Assembly (NCBI GenBank): GCA_002269645.1
Contig: NIVC01004804.1
Coordinates: 1-34,745 of the forward strand
Source of the DNA: Macrostomum lignano
Taxonomy: Eukaryota
DNA length: 34,745 nt
Direction: 5' to 3'
Shown: piece after piece, positions 1-11,400 of the stretch
How the letters are laid out: every line of letters begins with the position of its first letter
How positions within the stretch are numbered: position 1 is the stretch's first letter
The notes under the pieces: model-generated
What the model was told of the DNA's origin: nothing
The model's input: only the letters and a program-made list of their open reading frames with translations
The model's database searches: none
Translations under genes and position numbers: made by a program

Positions 1-534
1 AACCCAGGTCGCTACATTAGCATTCCAGTCTGTTCGCATCGGGGCTATCTCTTTTCAATTGGAGAAGATGAATTGTGGCCCTTATAATCAATTCTTATAG
101 CAAGTCAGTTAGAGTAAAAAGTTATGACATAATCAATTTCTCAGTCAGCCAGTATCAGTCTCAATTTAAGTTAGCAATATGGTTACGCAATTTCAATCAA
201 GTTTTGTGTGCATTTTTTCGACACTGTTTTCAACTGGTTGTGATGCAATCTTTTATCACAATTGAAATTCAGTCAGTCAGTTTTCTTCTCCGCATTTTTA
301 CAATGCATTTCAAGTCGAAAGAGCTGCTTGACCTTTGCAAAAAAGCATGTTTTCGAATATTTAATCCCTTTAAAATTGAGCAATTTCTTAGCCAAGATGC
401 ATGTACCGTCCCAGGAAAATTTCTGATCAAATGGTGCAAGTTTGAAGAAAATCGGTTGAGCCATTTTTTTCTGAAATCTATCGCATACCTACCCACATAC
501 ATACATACAGACAACTCATTTTTAGTATATTGGA
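1..534 (-). mobile_element. Partial Helitron-like non-autonomous element (5' part; continues left of the window)
   Basis: 1-534 is a close copy of about 5514-6031. On the minus strand it begins 5'-TCCAATATAC at 534. It carries a (CATA)n/GACA microsatellite next to ...GAAAATCGGTTGAGCC..., a layout I recall from Lep1-type non-autonomous Helitrons. Confidence 0.55.
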
Positions 535-659
535 CTAGCAATCTTTGCCCCCCGATGGGGGACATCTGGATAGAATCCTTGTTCTTTACAAATAACAAAT
601 AGACAGCAAAAAAGCCTTCATAAAAAAACAACAGACATTCCCTCTTAAAAACAAAACAT

Positions 660-1490
660 CCCAAGACAGCAAGCATCCTCAGACAGCATTCAAGCATCGA
701 TCCCCAAATAGCAAGCATCCCCCAGACTGCAAGCATCCCCCAGACTGCAAGCATCCCCCAGACTGCAAGCATCCCCCAGATAGCAAGCATCCCCCCGATA
801 GAAAGCAACCCCAGATAGCAAGCATCCCCCCGATAGAAAGCAACCACAGATAGCAAGCATCCCCCCGATAGAAAGCAACCCCAGATAGCAAGCATCCCCC
901 GATAGAAAGCAACCCCAGATAGCAAGCATCCCCCCGATAGAAAGCAACCCCAGATAGCAAGCATCCCCCAGATAGCAAGCATTCCCCAGACCCCAGATAG
1001 TAAGCATCCCCCAGATAGCAAGCATCCCCCAGATAGCAAGCATCCCCCAGATAGCAAGCATCCCCCAGATAGCAAGCATCCCCCAGATAGCAAGCATCCC
1101 CAGATAGCAAGCATCCCCCAGATAGCAAGCATCCCCCAGATACCAAGCATTCCCCAGACCCCAGATAGTAAGCATCCCCCAGATAGCAAGCATCCCCCAG
1201 ATAGCAAGCATCCCCCAGATAGCAAGCATCCCCCAGATACCAAGCATTCCCCCAGACCCCAGATAGTAAGCATCCCCAGATAGCAAGCATCCCCCAGATA
1301 GCAAGCATCCCCCAGATCGCAAGAATCCCCCAGACAGCAAGCAAACCCTGAGCAAGCATAACCTGGATACAAAGAGACCTTATAGATATCTAGCAACCCC
1401 CTCTCAGATAGCAAGTACTCTCCACCCCCAGGAGCAAGCATCCCCCTGATAGCAACTATCCATCCTTAAATAGCAAGCATCCACCAGAGA
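660..1490. repeat. 18-19 bp minisatellite (AGCATCCCCCAGATAGCA)n with a 35-bp dimeric variant block
   Basis: The tandem unit is read directly. About 775-960 uses a 35-bp variant, CAGATAGCAAGCATCCCCCCGATAGAAAGCAACCC. The edges are degenerate. Confidence 0.95.
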
Positions 1491-1589
1491 ACAAGTAGCT
1501 AGTGCAGCAATTTCCTTAGCTTTATAATGGTTCCATTTTGTTTGGCATGACACTTCTTTTTATGTTTGAAATGGTGTCTCTTTTTTTTA

Positions 1590-4500
1590 AGAGGTGGCTC
1601 TTTAATGTTTGACATGGTGGCTCTTTAATGTTTGACATGGTGGCTCTTCTATATTTGTCATGGTAGCTCTTTTGTGTTTGACAGGGTGGCCCTTTAATGT
1701 TTGACATGGTGGCTCTTCTATGTTTGACATGGTAGCTCTTTTGTGTTTGACATGATAGCTCTTTAATGTTTGACATGGTGGCTCTTCTATGTTTGACATG
1801 GTAGCTCTTTTGTGTTTGACATGATAGCTCTTTAATGTTTGACATGGTGGCTCTTCTATATTTGACATGGTGTCTTCTATATTTGACGTGGTGGCTCTTT
1901 TGTGTTTGACATGATAGCTCTTTAATGTTTGACATGGTGGCTCTTCTATGTTTGACATGGTAGCTCTTTATTGTTTGACATGGTGGCTCCTCTATGTTTG
2001 CCATGGTGTCTCTTCTATGTTTGACATGGTGGCTCTTTTGTGTTTGACATCATAGCTTTTTAATGTTTGAAATGGTGGCTCTTTAATGTTCGACATGGTG
2101 GCTCTTCTATGTTTGACATGGCGGCTCCCTTATGTGTGACATGGTGTCTTTTTATGTTTAAGGTTTGACATGGAGTCATATATGTTTGACATGGTGGCTC
2201 TTTTATGTGTTTTATCTCTTTTATGAGTAAACAAACAAGCTTTTTAATGTTTGACATGGTGGCTCAATAATGTTTTGACATGGTGGCTCAATAATGTTTT
2301 GACATGGTGGCTCAATAATGTTTTGACATGGTCTCTCTTTTATGTTAATGTTTGACATGGAGTCACATATATGTTTGACATAGTGGCTCTTTTATGTTTG
2401 AGAGGGTGGCTCTTTAATTTTCACCATGATGGCGCTTTAATGTTTGACATAGAGACACGTATAGTATATGTTTGACATGGTGGCTCTTTTATGTTCGAAA
2501 TGGTGGCTCTTTTATGTTCGACATGATGGCTCTTTTTTGTTTGGCATGGTGGCTCTTTTATGTTTGACATGGTGGCTCTTTTATGTTGACATGGTGGCTC
2601 TTTTATGTTTGACATGGTGGCTCCTTTTTGTTGATATGATGGCTCTTTTATGTTCTACATGGTAACTCTTTTATGTTTGATACGGTGGCTTTTCAATGTC
2701 TGACATGGGGGCTCTTTAATGTTTGACATGGTGGCTCTTTAATGTTAGACATAGTGGCTCTTAATGTTTGACATGATGGCTCTTTTATGTTTGACATGGT
2801 GGCTCTCTAATGTTTGACATGGTGGCTCTTTAATGTTAGACAAAGTGGCTCTTAAATGTTTGACATGATGGCTCTTTAATGTTAGACAAAGTGGCTCTTA
2901 AATGTTTGACATGATGGCTCTTTTATGTTTGACATGGTGGCTCTCTAATGTTTGACATGGTGGCTCTTTAATGTTATACAAAGTGGCTCTTAAATGTTTG
3001 ACATGATGGCTCTTTTATGTTTGACATGGTGGCTCTTTAATGTTCGAAATGGTGGCTCTTTTATGTTTGACATGGTGGCTCTTTAATGTTTGACAAAAAG
3101 TCACTTATATGTTTGACAGAAAGTCACTTATATGTTTTACATAAAGTCACTTATATGTTTTACATAAAGTCACTTTATGTTTGACATGGTGGCTCTTTAA
3201 TATTCTACATTGTGGCTCTTTAATGTTCGACATGGTGGCTCTTTTATGTTTGACATGGTGGCTCTTTAATGTTTGACATGGTGGCTCTTTAATGTTAGAC
3301 ATGGTGGCTCTTTAATGTTCGACATGGTGGCTCTTTAATGTTCGACATCCTGGCTCTTTAATGTTCGACATGGTGGCTCTTTAATGTTCAACATGGTGGC
3401 TCTTTAATGTTAGACATGGTGGCTGTTAATTTTTGACATGGTGCCTCTTTAATGTTTGACATGGTGGTCCTTTTATGTTTGACATGGTGGCTCTTTTATG
3501 TTCGACATGATGGCTCTTTAATGTTTGACATGAAGTCACATAAATTTTGGACATGGTGGCTCTTTAATGTTCGACATGGTGGCTCTTTAATGTTCGACAA
3601 GGTGGCTCTTTAATGTTAGACATGGTGGCTCTTTAATGTTCGAAATGATGGCTCTTTAATGTTTGAAATGGTGGCTCTTTAATGTTTGACATGGTGGTCC
3701 TTTTATGTTCGACATGGTGGCTCTTTAATGTTAGACATGGTGGCTCTTTAATGTTCGATATGATGGCTCTTTAATGTTTGACATGAAGTCACATAAATTT
3801 TGGACATGGTGGCTCTTTAATGTTCGACATGGTGGCTCTTTAATGTTCGACAAGGTGGCTCTTTAATGTTAGACATGGTGGCTCTTTAATGTTAGACATG
3901 GTGGCTCTTTAATGTTCGACACGATGGCTCTTTAATTTTTGACATGAAGTCACATATATGTTAGACATGGTGGCTCTTTAATGTTCGACATGGTGGCTCT
4001 TTAATGTTAGACATGGTGGCTCTTTAATGTTAGACATGGTGGCTCTTTAATGTTAGACATGGTGGCTCTTTTATGTTTGACATGGTGGCTCTTTAATGTT
4101 CGAAATGGTGGCTCTTTAATGTTCGAAATGGTGGCTCTTTTATGTTTGACATGGTGGCTCTTTAATGTTTGACAAAAAGTCACTTATATGTTTGACAGAA
4201 AGTCACTTATATGTTTTACATAAAGTCACTTATATGTTTTACATAAAGTCACTTTATGTTTGACATGGTGGCTCTTTAATATTCTACATTGTGGCTCTTT
4301 AATGTTCGACATGGTGGCTCTTTTATTTTTGACATGGTGGCTCTTTAATGTTCGACATGGTGGCTCTTTAATGTTAGACATGGTGGCTCTTTAATGTTCG
4401 ACATGGTGGCTCTTTAATGTTCGACATGTGGCTCTTTAATGTTCGACATGGTGGCTCTTTAATGTTCAACATGGTGGCTCTTTAATGTTAGACATGGTGG

Positions 4501-5440
4501 CTCTTTAATGTTAGACATGGTGGCTCTTTAATGTTAGACATGGTGGCTCTTTTATGTTTGACATGGTGGCTCTTTAATGTTCGAAATGGTGGCTCTTTAA
4601 TGTTCGAAATGGTGGCTCTTTTATGTTTGACATGGTGGCTCTTTAATGTTTGACAAAAAGTCACTTATATGTTTGACAGAAAGTCACTTATATGTTTTAC
4701 ATAAAGTCACTTTATGTTTGACATGGTGGCTCTTTAATATTCTACATTGTGGCTCTTTAATGTTCGACATGGTGGCTCTTTTATGTTTGACATGGTTGCT
4801 CTTTAATGTTTGACATGGTGGCTCTTTAATGTTAGACATGGTGGCTCTTTAATGTTAGACATGGTTGCTCTTTAATGTTCGACATGATGGCTCTTTAATG
4901 TTTGAAATTGTGGCTCTTTAATGTTTGACATGGTGGCTCTTTAATGTTAGACATGGTGGCTCTTTAATGTTTGAAATGGTGGCTCTTTAATGTTAGACAT
5001 GGTGGCTCTTTAATGTTTGACATGAAGTCACATATATGTTGGACATGGTGGCTCTTTAATATTCGACATGATGGCTCTTTAATGTTTGAAATGGTGGCTT
5101 TTTAATGTTAGACATGGTGGCTCTTAAATGTTAGACATGGTGGCTCTTTAATGTTCGACATGATGGCTCTTTAATGTTTGAAATGGTGGCTTTGTAATGT
5201 TAGACATGGTGGCTCTTTAATTTTCGACATGGTGGCTCTTTAATGTTAGACATGGTGGCTCTTTAATGTTCGACATGGTGGCTCTTTAATGTTTGACATG
5301 GTGGCTCTTTAATGTTTGACATGGTGGCTCTTTAATGTTGAACATGGTGGCTCTTTAATGTTCGACATGGTGGCTCTTTAATGGTCGACATGGTGGCTCT
5401 TTACTGGTCGACATGGTGGCTCTTTAATGTTTGACATTGT
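1590..5440. repeat. 23-bp satellite array (GACATGGTGGCTCTTTAATGTTY)n, about 3.9 kb
   Basis: The tandem unit is read directly. It is more degenerate on the left and has recurrent variant blocks (AAAAGTCACTTATATG). Confidence 0.97.
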
Positions 5441-5496
5441 GCTTTTTTGTGTTTAGCATTTTGTGTTTTTAAGGTTTTTGAATAAGAAAATCTTTT

Positions 5497-5563
5497 TGCA
5501 CTACTAAGATTCGAACCCAGATCGCTGCATTAGCAGTCCAGTCTGTTCGCATCTATGCTATCT
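5497..5563 (-). other. tRNA-derived (pseudo-tRNA / SINE head-like) segment inside the Helitron-like element
   Basis: The minus strand shows an A-box-like TAGCATAGATG, an anticodon-like arm CTGGA-CTGCTAA-TGCAG and a T-arm/B-box CTGGG-TTCGAAT-CTTAG. The acceptor stem does not pair. A second copy lies at 1-50. Confidence 0.45.
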
Positions 5564-6344
5564 CTTTTCAATTGGAGATCATGAATTGTGGCCCTTATAA
5601 TTAAATTCTTATAGCAAATCGGTTAGAGTAAAAAGTTATGACATAATCAATTTCTCAGTCAGCCAGTATCAGTCTCAATTTAAGTTAGCAATATTGTTAC
5701 GCAATTTAAATCAAGTTTTGTGTGCATTTGTTCGGCACTGTTTTCAACTGGTTGTGATGTAATCTTTATCACAATTGGAATTCAGTCAGTCAGTTTTTTC
5801 TCTAGCATTCTTACAATGCATTTCAGGTCGAAAGAGCTGCTTGACCTTTGCAAAGAAGCATGTTTTTCGAATATTTAATCCCTTTAATATTGAGCAATTT
5901 CTTAGCCAGGATGCATGTACCGTGCCAGGAAAATTTCTGATCAAATGGTGCAAGTTTGAAGAAAATCGGTTGAGCCAATTTTTTTGAAATCTATCGCATA
6001 CCGACAGACAACTCATTTTTAGTATATTGGAAGATTTAGTATATTTAGATAGTAGCTAGTGTTGACTGCTAGTTCTTTAAATTATTTTTACCTTTCCATC
6101 CGGCTACTCCATAGCCATCTTGGCAGTCAATTTTATATGGAAATCTTTCTTTCACTAACGCTTCAGTGCCTTCTTGCGAGGTAATGTCTCTCCTTTCAAG
6201 TACCGTTCAATTTGATAAAGTTTTCTTGAAGTAATACCAAAACATTTTGGCAGTTTTTTCCTTGTCATAAATTTCTATGCACAAAATTTTAAGTCACGCC
6301 AAATTTAAACAGACAAAGTTAAACAAACTGTACCTATTTTTCAG

Positions 6345-6621
6345 TCTGAGCAAACTCAGCGAGACCGGTCAGCTCCAGCTGCTATTCGACAAGTACAACA
6401 AGCCCGACTCTGATGACCAGTGCAGCGAAGGCGATAGTGACGCGAGCTACTCTGGCGCCGAGTCAATCGGTCTGGACACGGTGGCCGGCTGCTTCGTTGT
6501 CACCGGCTGCTTCTTTGCTGTCGGTCTGCTTCTGCTGGCTGGCGAGTTAGTACTGGCGAGACTGAAGCGGCTGGACTGCTGCGCGAACACTCGGTCGACC
6601 CAGCGGAATGAATGTCTGTGA
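6345..6621 (+). CDS. Copy A: terminal exon (end of S2, M4, Cys-rich tail) of an iGluR-like gene; upstream exons not in the window
   Basis: A TTTTTCAG acceptor ends at 6344 (phase 2). The exon encodes LSKLSETGQLQLLFDKY...QC...IGLDTVAGCFVVTGCFFAVGLLLLAGELV, homologous to exon 12 of copy D and nearly identical to 14460-14727. Confidence 0.75.
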
Positions 6622-7847
6622 CTACTGAATCACCCAGCTATGACTGGCATTACTTTGAACAAGTTTATTAAGTCCTCTTATTGAAACGCAACACAGCGTC
6701 AAACAAACAATGCAATCTAAATCATTCTGATATATTTTTTCACTTATTTTTTACTCATACAAGCAAATACTCCATGATCAGGAATCCCTGATCTAAGACT
6801 ACAATTCAAAGCAATTGACAAATGTTGTGAAGGAGTGCTAAATTGCAAGGTAGTTTTGAAAGTGCCTCAGAGAATTACTCGTAGGATTGAGAGAACATTT
6901 ACCTCTATATGATTCATGGGAGCAATTGTAGCCCACCTGAAGTGTGCATAGGGAATGGGGCGTGAGAGACACCTCAGCCAGGGACTACTCAAAGTAGTCT
7001 CTGACCTCAGCCTCTGGCAGAAGAGAACTAGCTAGCTATTTTAAAATCGTTTTTTTAATCGGGCAATCATACAGTCGCCCATAATTAATTGTGAGCTTTT
7101 TAGTAGGAATCCTTTTTCTCCTTTCTACTTAAGATAATTTAATCAGTAGTTTGCTTTCAATCAGGAATTCTTCGTTTTTATATTATAGCTACTTATAAAA
7201 ACCGCGGTATTTGCAGAAATTTTGCTTCAATCTGGGCCATATAGATTTGGGTCAAAGTGATAGAGAGGACTCGTACTGATGCAACAAACCGCATTGAAAC
7301 CAGCTAAGATGCTGAGTAAGTAACTGTTAAGAAATTAGTCAAATTTATTAGTAGAATTATTGAATTGAAGCTGCTTAAAATGGCTTTTTAAACCTGAGCA
7401 GAGGCTGCAAGCATGCGCCTGCTTCATGAGAGATTCTACTAACGAAATCTTAGTAGGCTTAATTGAGAAAACAAGGCTTATAATAGATATAGGCTATAGC
7501 CGCATTTACAAATTCAGAGCATACAAATAGGGAGAGGAAAATTTAGATTGGTAGATATAAGTGAGTTACTTTTGGGAAAATTTATAAGTGTCAATACGCC
7601 GCTTCACGTCAACCAATGCAAGTTCATTTCGTCATTTTACACAAAATACCTATTTCGAGTACTCGCACTAACACAGCTATTGCCTCATGAAAATATTTGA
7701 TGGAAAATGCGTTTTATATTTTTAGTGATCCACGCTACTTTAGATACTAAAGATTTCAGCTTATAAATCCTTCAGTGGTCATTGACACACTTGCCAATTT
7801 TTTCGCCAAAAGTAGGTTCTCCAAAATCTTCAAAAATCGACTGAACA

Positions 7848-8346
7848 TCACGTCGGTGAAGGGTGAAGCCGCCGGGCTGCCACGAATTCTCCAGCAAGCA
7901 GCGCCAAGCCCATCGCGTAGAAACAGCCGGCTACCGCGTACGGACCCGCAGCAATGCCTAAATTGATCGCATCAGCAGATCCAGCTGTTCTCGAGGTTTC
8001 TTTGGCTCAGACTGCACCAGTCTCCGGCTGGAAGTATCTCTGTTTCAGCATCGGGATCTGGCCTGCCTCGTGTAGTTGGCGCATGCTGAATAAAATTTGC
8101 AGGGTTGCAACAAACGAATTTTGACTGATCAAAGCTCTACGTGCGTAGTCGTCATCGATAAATGAAAATTCGCTTACTATTAGTTGATAGCCTTTCCGTA
8201 CACAGCATCCTCTGGCATTATGAAGGCCACAGTCGCGGCGTTGAAAACTTCCTTGACTATAAGTACCAGCGACTGCAGTTTATTTGCACCAGGTATTCGA
8301 TCAGTGCTACGTCACCCATGCAAGCGACCTTGTTGTTATTGTCCAT
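7848..8346 (-). pseudogene. Copy A': disabled exons 11 (8346-8178) and 12 (8085-7848) of an iGluR-like paralog
   Basis: Exon 11 reads MDNNNKVACMGD...NCSRWY/KEVFNAATVAFIMPEDA, with a 2-nt frameshift and TAA at 8182-8180. Exon 12 reads MRQLHEAGQ...GAV*AKE...INLGIAAGPYAVAGCFYAMGLALLAGEF, with TGA at 8009-8007. GT-AG sites and intron phases match copy D. Confidence 0.85.
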
Positions 8347-9159
8347 CTGTGGGAGCAACAGAAAAACAAATAATTGAGGGAGCGCTTTTAAAATCCGCAG
8401 TTGCGGCTGTCGTTTTGAAAAAACTTCTTCAAAACCTTATATTTTGCAGCGCACATTTCGAACATTAAAAAGGCTTAGAAGAACGCTTCAATAATTCGAT
8501 CTCTAATACCTCTAAAGAAATCAGGGAGTTTATTGTCGTTTATGAGTAGAAATAAAACTCAAGTCTCGAAAACTTGACCTCTTTACCCCATAGTTATCAT
8601 CAGGATAAGGATGCAAATCAAAACAGACGTGTAAATGTAGGATTCAATACTTAGTTTTGAGCGCAAGACAAACCAAGCATTGAGTAGTATTGTAATCTTC
8701 GTATATCGTGTTACAATAGACAGGAATAGACGGAGAAGGTTGATAATGCTGATCATTTCTGCATGGAAGTCGATGATTAGACATGATTTCAATGAGCTCA
8801 AAATTCAAAAGGCTGAGGTTTGAAGGCTGAGAAAGAATTTATGAGAGAGCTTGCTGCTGGCAACCTCTGTAGGGAAGTTTTTGCTTGGAAGTTCGAAGTT
8901 AAACTTCCGAATGAATGAACCAAAATAATCATAACATATCATAAATAATATCATATCATGGGCAATGAACTGATAAACTGTACGATTTTTAAGTGCTTTT
9001 ACTCTTTTGCTATGACACGAGTTAGAACTACTCATAACAAGCATTAGAAGACCCATTTGATTCCTACGAGAGATTTCCGTCAAAATATAGGACTGATGCT
9101 CTTGTAAAATTGTCTTGATGCATTGATAAAAAATTGTTGTACACAGGAACTACTACATT

Positions 9160-9402
9160 CTAGAGACGGGGAAGGCCGGGGATTTGAATCCCGATCACAC
9201 TAAAACATTTGTGTCCTGGAGCAAGACGCTCAACTCTGCATTGTTTCAGCACACAATTCTTGTGAAATGCACCAGAATTAGGAATTGAGGCTGTGTGGCG
9301 ACCACTCAGTCCTTGGACTGAACAGCCGTACGCAGCCTTCAGAGTCGGTTACTAATCGCCCATTAGGGCTGGTGTCTTCAAATCTTATCATTATTCATTA
9401 TT
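9160..9402 (+). mobile_element. tRNA-derived SINE-like element (degenerate)
   Basis: A B-box-like GGATTTGAATCCC (9180-9192) is followed by GTGTCCTGGAGCAAGACGCTCAAC, which resembles the GTGTCCTTGAGCAAG core of conserved-domain SINEs. There is a (TTA/TCA)n tail at about 9385-9402. Confidence 0.45.
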
Positions 9403-9682
9403 AGAGAGGAAACTAGCGATTAATGGAGAAAAGTTCTAGAGGCTGCAATGTTTTAATTTTTTCCTATCGGTTCACACATATAGCACAAAATCTTTTAGTC
9501 TTCTTAACTACTGAATTCAGCTTCCGATAAACTTCTTCTACACACCAGCTACACGCTGATCAGACTGCGTGTCTGGCTTCAAACAAAATGAACGTTTATC
9601 AAAGAAGCAGACCGTCCGAGCCTTCACGAGCCAAAAGATAAAAGCAAACGTGAGAAATGAAGTATTGCACTTCCGAATTTTA

Positions 9683-10943
9683 TCGAGGTAAGTCAGAGGT
9701 ATCTGTCAGCTTTTTTTAAAAAACTTTGATCTCGCTAGTTCCCCGTCCCTTGAAATCAGTAGTCCTGGACAAATATGAGCAACAAAACTGTCCATCATTT
9801 TAAGCTTTCTTTCTGAAGCCATCTCTTGGCCGCTCACTTATATACGAGGGGCACTGAAAAGGTTCTGAGCCTCGGTGTGACGGAGAGAGAATTGGGGCAA
9901 ATACAACCAGCTTTTTTCTACCAAGATGCACTTTTGTGACATTTTGATCGCAGTGCTTCGATACCACTCTGAAAAACTGCGTTGAGCACCCCTCGATCCA
10001 GGAGGTCGCAGCATCCTCCGGTGCATCATCAGTGTTAAATCGCTGCCCACGGAGTGCCCGCTTGAGATGCGGAAACAGCTGTGAAATTCGCTGGGGGCAA
10101 GGTCTGGTGAATAGGTAGGGTTGTGGCAGCTCTGATACGCTGACAGCTGCTGTCTTTGTCAGTCCACTGGTGTGGGCAGGTGTGTTGGTCTGCAGCAGCA
10201 CTACACCACGGCTCAGCACTCCCCGCCGATTCTCCTTGATTGCCTTGAGGCCTTGAGGGCAATCAGATCGGCGTAGTAGGCACCCGTGACTGTCTGCTTG
10301 TGCGGCAGAAAGTCCAGCAGCAGTGGGCTTTTATTAGTGTCCCTCGTAAGAACTTTCATACCTGAGGCTACCCCTACGCTATTTTTTGAGGCAGGGAAAT
10401 TGGCTTTGGAATGATTAATACTTGTAGGACACCTACCAAGGATGGGGTCTGTCCCAAAGTCAAGTCTGCCGCATCTTCGACCGACTGCGCTCCAGCTTTG
10501 ATGGGTCAGACGGTCTCGCACTGCTGGCAAGAAAATTGCAATTGTTGAGAACCCGATTGAGGTGGGCGGACATCTCATGGAGAGGAAGGTTGTAGAAGAC
10601 ATGAAAAGACATATTGATGAGATATGCAGCATGTAGTGTCTGCTAGGTGGGGTCCCATGCTAGGACAACGTATGTGTCGGTGAAGAACAAGGATCACCTA
10701 GGCAGCACTGGCATCCAGGTGCTACCGCACCAAGCCTATTTGCCAGATTTTCCAAAAAGTCAAACCTCGGATCCGGTTTCTAACTCCGATTTTTTGGGTG
10801 TCGTTAATTTTCCTTGTGTTAGGTGCGATGAGAAAATCAAGTCCACTGTGAACTCTGTGTTAGTATGTGCTCACGTACGGTTTCTTTGCCTTTTATGACT
10901 CGCATGACTGGCTGACAACGTCTTGAATTAACTTGACTTATCG
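9683..10943 (+). mobile_element. Old degenerate mariner element (outer), interrupted by a second mariner
   Basis: HLGSTGIQVLPHQAYLPDF (about 10695-10750) resembles the mariner VLPHPPYSPDLAP motif, and DEKIKSTVNSVL follows it. Degenerate TIR-like ends are TA|TCGAGGTAAGTCA (9683) and TGACTTATCG|TA (10943). Confidence 0.5.
9845..10346 (-). mobile_element. Internally deleted mariner (Tc1/mariner) element with a frameshifted transposase C-terminus
   Basis: TIRs CGAGGGGCACTGAAAAG (9845) and CTTTTATTAGTGTCCCTCG (to 10346) are each flanked by TA. Minus-strand peptides LLDFLPHKQTVTGAYYADL, VLLLQTNTPAHTS and LFPHLKRALRGQRF match the mariner catalytic-domain consensus. Confidence 0.85.
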
Positions 10944-11029
10944 TAAGGCGGATGCAGCGAGGAGGCGGAGATCGCCCATTGAGCTAGTTCCTGGCGACCA
11001 ATGACTTCCGCTGGCTGACACCATTGTTG

Positions 11030-11165
11030 TTGGTATTATTGTTTTTGTTGGTGTTGTTGTTGTTGCTGTTGTTGTTGTTTTTGTTTTTGTTGGTGTTGTT
11101 GTTGTTGTTGCTGTTGTTGTTGTTGTTGTTGTTGTTGTTTTGTTGTTGTTGTTACTGTTGTTGTT
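11030..11165. repeat. Imperfect (GTT)n microsatellite
   Basis: Read directly; about 235 bp upstream of the copy B ATG. Confidence 0.95.
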
Positions 11166-11400
11166 ATCATTGTTAGTGAAAAAACAAGGTTTGTTAAAAA
11201 ATTAGCACTTAATAAAATGATATTCGCTTTAGATAAAGCTTTAAAAATAGTTTAAAAAGTTGCTAAATGTTGCCTGCAATTGGCTAGAATTTCTTATTGG
11301 CTAGCATGGTGCATATTTACATTAAAAAGCCTGATTCAGCTCGAGTTACCACTCAAAAAATACTCGAAATCCATTGCATCAATAAATTGACGGTCCTGGA

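Larger units (their letters stand above)
535..6049 (-). mobile_element. Helitron-like non-autonomous element (about 5.5 kb) containing two internal satellite arrays
   Basis: The minus-strand 3' end is CTAG (535-538), with a GC hairpin (CCCCC-GAT-GGGGG, 549-561) about 10 nt inside. The minus-strand 5' end is TC at 6049, preceded by A (or TC at 6031). These match canonical Helitron termini. No Rep/helicase coding sequence is visible. Confidence 0.55.

Noticed and set aside
269-1441. Long ORFs (390, 226 and 221 aa) with GGCLLS / DACYLG / MLAIWG repeats
   Set aside because: They are translations of the 18-bp minisatellite, open in several frames only because the unit lacks stops.
1522-2665. ORFs with MSNIKEPPCQT / HVKHKRAT repeats
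   Set aside because: They are translations of the 23-bp satellite.
1590-5440. CRISPR-like appearance of the 23-bp array (and of the 52-bp array at 25057-26606)
   Set aside because: The units are contiguous with no unique spacers, there are no cas genes, and the context is a eukaryotic intron-containing locus.
5497-5563. Functional tRNA-Ser(GCT) gene
   Set aside because: The acceptor stem does not pair, there is no long variable arm, and the second copy has a mutated anticodon arm.
8583-9083. Minus-strand ORFs as upstream exons of copy A'
   Set aside because: No recognisable similarity to exons 7-10 of copy D and no matching splice phases.
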